Source: Chiloscyllium plagiosum
Lineage: Eukaryota
Assembly: GCF_004010195.1 (NCBI RefSeq)
Contig: NC_057752.1
Span: 5,895,670-5,915,669, forward strand
Direction: 5' to 3'
Length of the DNA: 20,000 nt
The position numbers and the translations under genes were made by a program. Of the stretch, positions 1 to 9,513 are shown in pieces (within the stretch, counting starts at the first letter, position 1; every line of letters begins with the position of its first letter). Below the pieces are notes generated by a model that did no database searches, was not told the DNA's origin, and saw only the letters and a program-made list of their open reading frames with translations.

Positions 1-108
1 TCGATTGACCTGCTTGGAGATGTTATGACATACTTCTGGAGTAGCTGGGACTTAAACTTGGGCCTCCTGGCTCAGATAATGGGACACCACCACTGCACTA
101 TAAAAGCC
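1..108 (-). mobile_element. Degenerate tRNA-derived SINE head (runs off window start)
   Basis: Minus strand reads ...tagtgcagtggtggtgtccc...gagccaggaggcccaagtttaagtcccagct: A-box-like and B-box-like motifs at tRNA-like spacing. Confidence 0.5.
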
Positions 109-1658
109 CTAGGCTTCAAGAGATTTCACAATGCATTAATTAATCAATCAACATCCATCGTCTGTTTCCCTCTAACCTTAACTACTTGTTACATGAACAC
201 TGAGGACTCTGTGATGATGCCACTTCTTGGGGTAGCCATCACAAAGGCCACTGCCGGAAGGTTTCTACAGTGAGGGGCTGGAGCTGAGGTAAACACCTCA
301 GACTGTAGAATGTCTGACATCAAATTTAAATGTATGTTGTAAATATAACCTGTAATGGCAAGTGTGGAACATACAATATTGAAGGAAGCGGATCTGTTTT
401 GCACTTTCTATGATGTCAAATTTGAATGGAAATATACATCTGCAAATTTAATGAATGTGGTGTTTTTTTTGGGGGGAAGAAAAAAGTGCCACTGCCCTAC
501 AGATAATCACTTCAATTACCTCAGCAGCTGTATCCTCATCCCTTCATTTCAAAATTTGGAGTGACTCTCACTGGAGCTGTCCTTCACAAACAATCATCAA
601 TTCTCTTTGTAGCTTTTTTTTCGACTTTACTGATACCACTTCCAACAGGCTTTTGAAGTTCACATTTAAAAGCGACAACTGCAATAGAAGTGTGAAGGTT
701 GAAAGTAGGAATTGTCTTGGTGGAGGGGGAATTGTGGCAAATCGTTTATCCTCCGCGAGTTTAAAGCAAAATTTGGACCATCTTTTTCTTGTCGCAACTC
801 ATCATGATAAAGAGTTGCTTTTCAAATGAGCTGCACCGCTCGACAAGATCGTGACCACTATCCTCGAAGTGCTAGCAGAGATGTAGGCGATCTCTAATTC
901 CATTTCTGTTCCCCTAGCTGCTGAAGCCTATAACAGGTGGAGGAGTTTCCTTCAGTTCTTTTTTAAACTCATGCTGCACACTGGATGGCCTTTTTGCCCA
1001 TTGGCACCCATTTTGGAACTGGTCCAAATTCTTTACATTGGTCAGCAGATTCTATAAACAATTGTAATGATCTTGATGCAGATTTCTAACTCTGCACAGT
1101 GATAGTCACAAGGTTTAACGTATGTACAAAGCAGGATATTGCTAAGAAAAGACAGGCTAACCTCTGCAATCGTCTTCAAGAATTGTTTATCCAAAAAAAC
1201 ACTTTAAAAATCCCGAAAATAATAGTCTCATATATAAGTGGCAAGAAGATATTGGTTTCAATGTTTGTCCCTAGCTTACATTTTCTTGAGGGAAATGAGA
1301 AATAAAATAAAAGCATCATATGAACATGTTTCTTTGAGCAAGACAAAAAACTGAATGTTCAAGTTAACTGCTTTTCATTTCTGGGAATATTACTCTTGAG
1401 CTTTCGATCAATTTTGAGAAGACAATTTTGGAAAGTGATTTGCATTTGGCTCGAAAGTTATAATTGGCAGAGTGGACAGTATCATAACGGTGCATCAAGA
1501 TAGATTCCAACTTGGTTGACTCTTGCCTGGGATTATCATGCCTCCTGTTCAGCTGTTTGGTTTGATGTACCTTTTGAATGATTTATTTCACAAAACAAAT
1601 TGTTTCTTGCTGTTTGTTCCAGGCACACAGTTCTGAACTGGATACTGTTAGGAATCAA

Positions 1659-1975
1659 TTAGATTAGATTTCCTACAGTGTGGAAACAGGCCCTTCAGCC
1701 CAACAAGCCCACACCGACCCCCCCGAAGAGTAACCTACCCAGATCCATTTCCCTCTGACTAATGCACCTAACACTATGGGCAATTTGGCACAGCCAATTC
1801 ACCTGCCCTGCACATCTTTAGACTGTGGGAGAAAACCGGAGCACCCGGAGGAAACCCACGTAGACACGGGGAGAACGTGCGAACTCCACACAGACAGTTG
1901 CCAGAGGCTGGAATTGAACCTAGGACCCTAGTGCTGTGAGGCAGCAGTGCTAACCACTGAGTCACCGTGCCATCC
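1659..1975 (-). mobile_element. V-SINE (HE1-like) tRNA-derived SINE, essentially full length
   Basis: Minus strand: head ggcacggtgactcagtggttagcactgctgcctcacagc (A box), B box ggttcaattcc (1910-1920), V-domain-like core ctgtgtggagttcgcacgttctccccgtgtctacgtgggtttcctccgggtgctccgg, CR1-type tail gttgggctgaagggcctgtttccacactgtagg and short tctaa repeats. Confidence 0.88.
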
Positions 1976-4371
1976 CTGAACACAAAAGCAATCTTTCTTT
2001 GGGTGTGGGTGAAATCTGGGTGATTGACTAAGGTCCATAACATAGGACTTGAAAAATAAACAAGACAGAGGACAGCATAAGTCAAGGGGAAATAGCCTTT
2101 CAGACGCAGTGAATGTCATGGTTGGCTTTAAAAGGGATATAGATGGTGGGAAATCAGGGTGTTTAGGAATATCATAATTCTGAGGTTCCAGGACAAAATG
2201 GGTTAGAGTGGGAGACAGTACAGTGAGCTCTTAGATTAATTGAATTTACACAGAGCAGCCACTGAATACTGGTCAGTTGTTCAGTTAAGGGTATCTGATC
2301 TAATTTATTAATCAATGTTAAACTGTCTTTGTTTCAATTCTCTATTCTAATAATCCAAATGCACTCTAACATTTTTGTCCTTCTAATAATAAATCTATAC
2401 TTACTTCCTCGTTGCTAAATTACCCATCAGTCAAAATAATTTTTCACTATTTCACCTCAAGGATTTCCATGTCTTCGATACCTCAAGACATTTTATCCTG
2501 CAACATCTCTGGTCCTGTGAAAATAAAGAGCACCAATCTTTCAAGCCTTTCCTCATTTTGGTGATCATTTGTCCCATGTATCATTCTGACACTGTTGACT
2601 TGTCACAATGAGGGCAAATTCACTGATGCCAACATTCCCACCTGGGACCTGTACCAGGAGGTCAGAGGTGGTGCTCCAGCATTTTAGGACTAATTCATCA
2701 AGCCATTTTCCTGCTGAAATCCCTGCTGCAACTGGGATTGATAAACTCACTCTCCTGTTTAACAGTGAAAATGTAGGGAGGACAGCAAGCCGAATTTTTC
2801 AAGAGAAAGCTCTGTGCACTATCTCCCTACATCCTAAGGTGAAAACCCATGGCAGGATACCAGCCTAATCTTACAATTGAAATATCATTCAATCTGGCCT
2901 AATTGCCAGCCATGGGTGACATATCTATTGTCCTGGGGTACTGATGCCTTTACAGTTCATGCAATGTTTGACTGCCTGTGTCTGTATTTAACCTTTTGGC
3001 TTACATTTTTGTAGTTGACTTGATATTCAAGGGCCTCTTTAAAGAAAAAAATGTGCACAGAGTTTACTGCTGTTGAGGTGAGTCTGTTGGCCAGGGGAAA
3101 ACCGTCTCCTAATCTCCAGTCTTGCTGAGACTTGCCCACATAGCACCAATGTCCTCCAGTTCTCTGATCTGAATCTAAGTTCAATAACCAGCTTTCATCT
3201 CTATTATCTATGGCTGTCAGATTTGAAATATCTAGATGATGTCATTGCACAATCTCTTTATCAGCAATGAAAACAAACTCAGTGCTCTGAATTTCTCTAA
3301 CTACATTTCCTTGCAGTCTTTAGCCTCAACGCTCTGGTCCTGTGAAATGCTCTCAACCCCTTTAGCTTGCTCTTTTGTCCGTCTTTCCCTTGCAGTCATT
3401 CTGAGCTGCCAGCAGAACCCTGGGGTTAACTGTAGCTTGCTTTAATATAAAGGCATTTATTCTTGTCCTTTAACCAATTCATTTCCTTGTTTAAAACCAC
3501 CACATTTCTACTTATCTCTTTATCCTGAGCAGGATTGTTTCATTCTCTCTTGTTTACCAACAGCTTAGTTATTTGCCCTCTGCCTCTAGTTTAATTAAAT
3601 CGCTGTTTCCATCTCAATTTTTGAGCCAACTGTAGGGCTCCCACTCTCTCTAAGTGCAAGTCTGTCTTCCTGTATAGGTTAACAAGCCCCAGAAAAAAAA
3701 AGCTCTGCATTGTCTACAAAGTCAATCTGCAAAGTTAGCTCCCTCCTACACACAGATACACATCCCCATGTCTGCCGCAAAGTGTTTCTGGACAATCTGT
3801 TGCATATTTACTGCTGGCCCACAACAAGCCTTCGCACAACCTTACAGCTGACCCTTGCATGCTGAGAGGCCACAGATTCCAGTTGCAACACACAGTTGGG
3901 AGTTGCAGCACAGTCACATCTTCAAAGGTTTTCGCTCACGAAAGCACTGTTACACAATCAAGCTGCACAATGTCTGGTTGCTTCATGAAATACAGCACAA
4001 ACTGAAACTTCAGCTCAGCTCTGTCGCAGGGCAAGTGCTCCTTAAGCTTGCAACATGCCAGTAAATTGATAGGATTTTGTTGAGGTCACTCAAACAAAAT
4101 GCATGCATAGCACGAAGATACAAATCAGTAATGATTTAAGTGAATGGTAGAACAGGCTCAAAGAAATGATTCAACTACCCCAATTCATATGCTCTTCCAA
4201 TGTGGACATTACTACTCTCAAAATAGCCCAGAATATTGCCTGATACCTGGGAACTGACCACATGACTCTAAAACAATGAGGCCTTCAAGTCAATTGAACA
4301 ACAATTCAGTGGTTACCTCATTATGGTAACATCCACTCCATGGTTTTGTCCAGAAACCATCAGGAAACTAC

Positions 4372-4510
4372 TTAGAACTATAGAATGGTTAGACCACAGG
4401 AGGTGGTCATTTGGCCCATTGTGTCCATACTAAAAGCTACTCAGTTAGTCCCACTCCCCTGCCTTTCCCCTGTAGCCTTGCAAATTCCTTCAGATAACTA
4501 TTCAATTGTG
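4372..4510 (-). mobile_element. CR1 LINE 3' end, left part of a copy split by the PLE insertion
   Basis: agaactatagaatgg...ggtcatttggcccattgtgtc...cccctgcctttcccctgtagccttgc is a reverse-orientation CR1 3' terminus and resembles 11450-11517 plus 19638-19770. Confidence 0.6.
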
Positions 4511-5222
4511 TACAAAGTTAAAAATCACACAACACCAGGCTATAGCCCAACAGGTTTATTTGGAAGCACTAGCTTTCGGAGTGCTGCTCCTTCATCAAAT
4601 GGTTGTGGAGCTTAAGATCATAAGACAGAGTTTATCGCAAAAGTTTACAGTGTGATGTAACTGAAATTATATATTGAAAAAGACCTGGATTGTTTGTTAA
4701 ATCTCTCATCTTTTAGAATGAACATGTTGGTTTCAGTTCTTTCATATGTAAATCGCAGAACATTTAAAAGTTACATTCTCACGTGAACTTTAACAATTGG
4801 TGTCATGTCAGCCCAGATAATGCATTGAAGGTGTGAGGTGCCCTGTATGAGACTGTCTGTGCCACAATAGTCAGACTGATTCTAATCTAAAAAATGGATT
4901 TACTGAATCTTACATGGATTCATGCAGTTTTTGAGCAAAGAAAATGTAATTCTGCAAGTACAAATTCATCCCAGAAACTTATACATGGGTGTTTGCATGT
5001 GGGGGTGTGATGGGGGGTGGGAGGAGGTTATGAGTGTCTGTGAGAGAGTGTGTGTACGTGTGTGAGCATGAGTGTAAAGGGGTATACATCTGTGAGAGGG
5101 TGCACGTGTGAGTGTGGGAGTGTATGTGTGAGTATATGAGAGCGGGTCTGCATGAGTGTATGGGTTTGTAGGAGAGTGTGTGTGTATCTACGTGTGCTCG
5201 TCTGTCTGTGTGTGTGTATAGT
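4508..5222 (-). repeat. Left arm of ~700 bp inverted repeat (reverse copy of PLE 3' region)
   Basis: Reverse complement aligns collinearly with 5480-6161. A manual count over 4511-4620 gave 12 differences in 110 nt. Includes a GT-rich low-complexity block at ~4985-5220. Confidence 0.92.
4567..4601 (-). ncRNA. Minimal hammerhead ribozyme motif, core mutated (TTGATGA)
   Basis: Minus strand: cat-TTGATGA-aggagcagcactcc-GAAA-gcta-gtg. The first core C is changed to T. Confidence 0.6.
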
Positions 5223-5230
5223 CCACTAAA

Positions 5231-5470
5231 ATGTTCTCAGATTGGGAGGGAACACGCACAACAATCACCAGACAGGAGTGTTCCCTCCCAGTCGGGGAAC
5301 ACTTCAGCGGTCCGGGACATTTGACCTTGGACCTTCGGGCGACAGTTCTCCAAGGCGGACTTTGGGACAGGCAACAACTAAAAGTGGCCGAGCAGAGGCT
5401 GATAGCCAAGTTCAGTACCCATGGGGATGGCCTCAACCAGGACCTTGGGTTCATGTCACACTACAGGTGA
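5231..5470 (+). pseudogene. PLE GIY-YIG endonuclease C-terminal fragment
   Basis: SLPVGEHFSGPGH...LKVAEQRLIAKFSTHGDGLNQDLGF matches the PLE GIY-YIG C-terminal pattern (HF...H, E-x-x-x-I, GLN). The N-terminal GIY/YIG half is missing. Confidence 0.85.
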
Positions 5471-5479
5471 CCCCACTGC

Positions 5480-6161
5480 ACTACACACACACAGACAGAC
5501 ACACACACACACACAGAGTGTCCTACAGACCCACTCATGCAGACCCTCTCTCATACGCTCACACATACACTCGCACACTCACACATGCACCCTCTCACAG
5601 ACTTATACCCCTTTGCACTCACACTCACATACATACACATACTCTCTCACAGATACTCATAACCCCCACCCTCCCCGCGCACACCCACACGCACACATAC
5701 ACATATATGTTTGTGGGGTGAATTTGTACTTGCAGAATTACATTTTACTTTGCTCAAAAACTGCACGAGTCCATGTAAGATTCTGTAAAGCTATTTAGAT
5801 TGTGGCACAGACAGTCTCACACAGGACAGCTCACACCTTAAACGCATTATCTAGGCCGACATGACACCAATTGTTAAAGTTTACTTGAGAATGTAACTTT
5901 TAAATGTTAAGCGATTTACATATGAAAAAACTGAAACCAACATGTTCATTCTAAAAGATGAGAGACTTAACAAACAATCCAGGTATTTTTCAACGTATAA
6001 TTTCAGTTACATTACACTGTAAACTTTTACAATAAATTCTGTGTTTTACGATCTTATACTCCACAACCACCTGATGAAGGAACAGCGCTCCGAAAGCTAA
6101 TGCTTCCAAATAAACCTGTTGGATTATAACCTGGTGTTGTGTGATTTTTAACTTAGTACAC
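5480..6161 (+). repeat. Right arm of inverted repeat (PLE 3' UTR/pseudo-LTR), CA-rich 5' part
   Basis: Follows the GIY-YIG stop codon and is complementary to 4508-5222. Contains aataaa just downstream of the hammerhead motif. Confidence 0.92.
6068..6102 (+). ncRNA. Minimal hammerhead ribozyme motif (PLE type)
   Basis: cac-CTGATGA-aggaacagcgctcc-GAAA-gcta-atg: intact core boxes, near-perfect helix II, palindromic AGCT in place of helix III, candidate CUA cleavage triplet ending at 6099. Confidence 0.72.
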
Positions 6162-6190
6162 CCCAGTCCAACACCGGCATCTCCAAATCA

Positions 6191-6750
6191 TATCCAGTTG
6201 TGAGCCGTGAAGCAATTTAGAAAACTGTGACTGGGCCTGTCTTCCTCATCCTCTCAGGCAGAGGTTTCCAGACCTTCAAAAAAAAAGGCAAAATATTGCA
6301 ATGCTGGAAATGCTGGAGAATGCTGGAAAAACTTGGCAGGTCTGGCAACATCTGCGGAGAGAGAAACAAAGTGAACATTTCAAATCCGATATGGCTTTTT
6401 CAGAAACATTCTCGACTCTAGCTGCTCGCTGTGCTGAAAAGTTTTCCTCATGTTGCTGCTGTTTCTTTTGCGAATCACCTTAAGCCAGTGTCCTCTGGTT
6501 GCTGACTCTCCAAACAATGAAAAGAGTCTCTTTTCATCTACTCTGTCTTCGATGTTGAAGACCTCTGTCAAATCTCCCCATTTTCCCATCTTTTAGGAGC
6601 ATGACCCGAGACTCTCCAATCTCTCTTCGCAATTGAAATCTCTCATCCATGGAACCATTCTTGTAAATCTTTTCTGCACCCTCTCTAAAGCTTTCTGAAA
6701 GTGTGGTGCCGAGAATTAGATACAAGCTTCCAATTGAGGCTGACTAGTGT
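6191..6750 (-). mobile_element. CR1 LINE ORF2 C-terminal fragment, continuation of 4372-4510
   Basis: ORF 6380-6589 GDLTEVFNIEDRVDEKRLFSLFGESATRGHWLKV is the CR1 ORF2 C-terminus (GDL..V/TRGH motifs), also seen at 15749-16102. Confidence 0.8.
6278..6406 (-). mobile_element. Short PLE-derived 3'-end fragment with decayed hammerhead motif, inserted in CR1
   Basis: gctggaaaaacttggcaggtctggcaacatc resembles gctggaaaagcgcagcaggtcaggcagcatc in the PLE ends at ~9276 and ~19822. Minus strand 6371-6406 reads ctgaaaaagccatatcggatttgaaatgtt. Confidence 0.6.
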
Positions 6751-6834
6751 CCATACAGCATAAAAACTGCAAGCATTAGTTTATTTTATTTCATCCCTTA
6801 AACCTGGAATTTATCAGGCTGACATTTGATGCCA

Positions 6835-7100
6835 GATTATAAAGATTGTCCTAGCTGCCTTTGAGACAGTGATGGGGAGCTGCCACCTTGAACCACTGCA
6901 GTGTGTGCTGTAGGGTCACCCACAGTAATGTTGGGGAAACAGTTCCAGGATCTTGACCCAGTGATAGTCATGAAATGGCGATATATTTACAAGTCAGGAT
7001 GATGTATGACTTGTAGGGGAACTCACAGGTTGGTGGTGTTATCATGTATCTGGTATCATTCTTCTAAGTGATAGAGGTTGTGGGTTTGGAAGATGCTGGT
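6835..7100 (-). mobile_element. CR1-group LINE 3' fragment (second family), copy 1
   Basis: Clearly homologous to 8345-8625 (ccaggatcttgacccagtgatagt...gatatatttacaagtcaggatgatgt). Family assignment is from recalled similarity to shark LINE 3' ends. Confidence 0.6.
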
Positions 7101-7249
7101 TTAAGCGCTGTGTGCCTGTGGTCCTGCTGTTGTCCATAACTGTGGATTTATATTTATACAGAATACTGGAATTCTGTCTCCTGAACAATGTGATAACATC
7201 AGCCGTCTATGTCCTCAGCTCATAAATCCCATCCTTAAATCTCTCCCCT

Positions 7250-7598
7250 GAATGGATAGATACTGAGAGATTGTTTCTCCCTGGCTGGGGAATTGAGAAC
7301 ACTATGGGCTAGGTCCCAATCTCAGAATAAGGGACATTTGGGACAGACAAGAGGAGAAACTTCTTCACTCAAAAGGTTGGGAGTTGTTGGAATTCTCTGT
7401 CCCAGAGGGTTGTGGAAGTTCCATTGTTGAATATATATAAGGCTGCAATGGAAACATTTTGGTCTCTCAGTGAGGAACAGGGAAAGGGGGCGAGAGAGTA
7501 AAGTTGAAGCAGAAGATCAACTGTGATTGTCTCAAAGGGTGGAGCGGGATCATTGAGCCAAATAGTCTACTACTGTTCTTGTCTCTTGTGTTCTTGTG
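7250..7598 (+). mobile_element. CR1 LINE 3' fragment
   Basis: gagagattgtttctccctgg...gaggagaaacttcttcactcaaaaggttg...tggaattctctgtcccagagggttgtgga (RRNFFTQ...WNSL pattern), followed by a 3' UTR and short terminal repeats tcttgtg. Confidence 0.75.
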
Positions 7599-8344
7599 AT
7601 GGTCTTATGTACTCAAGGTATTCCTTAAAACCTTCAAAAGTTAATCCCCTTCAACTTATTCATTTTGCAGAATTGTCCATTAATATAAACTGTCCCTTGC
7701 AAATCAGGAGAAGATGGGCATTGGAACCTTGGGTCAGGAACATAGGTGGACCCTGACCCCACTGATGTCCAATTGGACATTACCGCTGCATGATCTTCTG
7801 AGGCAGCCAATTAATAGGCCACATCCAGAAGTCCCGTCCAATTAGGATGGCAGGCAGGAGGACCAGTCAAAGTGCCTGATGGTGTAGGCAGTTGGCACCT
7901 ACCCCTGCACACTCCCTAGCAGAAGTGGACTGTTGCAAAGGTACATCAAGATGCCAGCTTAATAGTGAGTGTGCCAGGCCATCAATGTGGAGGGGGAGAT
8001 TAGTCCAGCAATAGGAATTTGGCATCTCTGTCAGAAAATGACCAATAATTGGGTTGTTAAGTGGTATAACTTGCTGCCAGCCACATTGGGATGTGCTGCC
8101 AACATTCGTCCCCGCCCATCCCCGGAGCCAGGCAGCCTCAGGTAGCCATCCTGACCTGGCTCCCTCAAAATTTCCCAGCCACCCTACTCACGCTCAACCA
8201 GATCTCCATTGGGCAGGGGAAATTCAGCCTGATGTGCTAACAAATTTCAATTTACCTCATATTTCAGCAGCATCCTTCAGGTTGCAAGCTGTAGAATTGT
8301 ATTAAAATGTGCAATTTTACAAAATCAAACATATACCTTTTATG

Positions 8345-8625
8345 AATTTGTGAGACGTGTACGTTGCTGGCCATGCCAATATTTATTGCTCATTCCTGGT
8401 TGTCCTCGAGAAGGTGCTGCAGTCCATCTAGAATAGAACATCCACAGTGCAGTTGGGAAGGAAGATCCAAGATTTTGACCCAGTGACAGTGCAGGAACAG
8501 TGATATATTTCTAAGTCAGGGTGGTGTGTAGCTTGGAGGGGACCTTGCGGATGGTGGTGAACCCAAGTATCTGCTGCTCTTGTCCTTTGAGATGGCAGAG
8601 TTCATGGGCTTGCAAGGTGCTGCTA
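8345..8625 (-). mobile_element. CR1-group LINE 3' fragment (second family), copy 2
   Basis: Homologous to 6835-7100 (caagattttgacccagtgacagtg...gatatatttctaagtcagggtggtgt). Confidence 0.6.
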
Positions 8626-8659
8626 AAGAACAGCATGTCCAGGCTAAACATGAATTGAT

Positions 8660-8729
8660 ATTTGGTCAGCGTGGACAAGTTGGACCAAAGGGTCTGTTTC
8701 CATGCTGTACATCTCTATGACTCTATGAC
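8660..8729 (+). mobile_element. Extreme 3' end of CR1 (HER1-like) LINE or its partner SINE
   Basis: ttggtcagcgtggacaagttggaccaaagggtctgtttccatgctgtacatctctatgactctatgac matches 16117-16175 and ends in ctctatga repeats. Confidence 0.75.
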
Positions 8730-8964
8730 ATTTGCTTGGCTGTAGTTGAAGATTCATTCAAATCCATGAAAGTTACTTTCCGTACATTACAAAGTTACTG
8801 ATAAAAATGGACTGCCATTGTGAAAAGCAGTCTCGATTAACACTCTAGAAGGTTCCTGACTCTAAAGTTGTTACAGTTTGATTGTACAACGTCTTTCTCC
8901 AGGCATATTCCTTGGACTCATACATTACCCAATTGTACATGTGCAAGTATTCATGTGTATTATT

Positions 8965-9155
8965 CAACTATGCTCAGTTCGCTGGATGTCTAGCATGTGA
9001 TTCAGGATAAAGCCAACAGCTTGGGCATAATCCTCATACTGGCTGTGGTAATTCATTCAGGCCTGCCTCCTTACCCTTCAAGGAGAGATCCCCTCAAGCT
9101 ACACATAACCAATTATGTCCCCCTCCAGTGGTAAGAAATGGTATCGGTGAATTAG
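8965..9155 (+). mobile_element. Degenerate tRNA-derived SINE
   Basis: A-box-like tatgctcagttcg and decayed B-box-like gggcataatcc. The body resembles a recalled shark SINE but is heavily diverged. Confidence 0.4.
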
Positions 9156-9318
9156 CTTATCATACAAATCTCCTCATGTGCTGATCTGATGGTATACTGT
9201 CTGAAATATTACTGCTGAAGAACTAGGAGAAAGTGAGGACTGCAGATGCTAGAGATCAGAGCTGAAAATGTGTTGCTGGAAAAGCGCAGCAGGTCAGGCA
9301 GCATCAAAGGAACAGGAG

Positions 9319-9354
9319 AATCGATGTTTCGGGCATAAGTCCTTCTTCAGGAAT
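9319..9354 (-). ncRNA. Minimal hammerhead ribozyme motif, partly decayed
   Basis: Minus strand: attc-CTGAAGA-aggacttatgccc-GAAA-catc-gatt. It has a helix II mismatch and ACGT>ACAT relative to the copy at 19866-19901. Confidence 0.62.
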
Positions 9355-9513
9355 GAGGAGGGTGTGCCAAGCAGGCTAAGATAAAAGGTAGGGAGGAGGG
9401 ACTTGGGGGAGGGGCGTTGGAAATGCAATAAGTGGAAGGAGGTTAAGGTGAGGGTGATAGGCCGGAGTGGGGGTGGGGGCGGAGAGGTCAGGAAGAAGAT
9501 TGCAGGTTAGGAA

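Larger units (their letters stand above)
4511..6190 (+). mobile_element. 5'-truncated Penelope-like element (family 1) with inverted pseudo-LTR arms
   Basis: GIY-YIG C-terminal fragment at 5231-5470, inverted arms ~4508-5222 and ~5480-6161, a hammerhead core in each arm, and flanking TATTCAATTGTG (4499-4510) / TATCCAGTTGTG (6191-6202), 10/12 identical, as probable TSD. Confidence 0.85.

Noticed and set aside
25..1305. Short ORFs at 25-273, 189-404, 355-564, 455-829 and 1099-1305 as host genes
   Set aside because: No recognisable domains. Manual translation of other frames and joining the candidate splice sites gave only short peptides.
1905..1975. tRNA gene
   Set aside because: The A/B boxes belong to the SINE head and are followed by the SINE body; no convincing cloverleaf.
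1774..2119. ORFs 1774-2085 and 1928-2119
   Set aside because: Chance read-through of the V-SINE.
2100..2560. Possible very old CR1 3' fragments (also ~4130-4195)
   Set aside because: Only patchy resemblance; boundaries cannot be supported without alignment.
3640..4070. Non-repeat-looking segment with ORFs 3735-3917 and 3855-4064
   Set aside because: No protein motif, convincing splice structure or internal repeat seen; it cannot be classified from sequence alone.
5242..5798. His/Thr-rich ORFs 5242-5721 and 5421-5798
   Set aside because: Translation artefacts of CA-rich low-complexity sequence in the PLE 3' UTR.
4508..6161. TIR DNA transposon or foldback element
   Set aside because: The arms are the PLE 3' region, contain hammerhead cores and flank a GIY-YIG fragment rather than a transposase.
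7700..8230. Possible MITE or DNA transposon remnant ending ggggaaattcagcc
   Set aside because: No matching left inverted terminus or TSD found.
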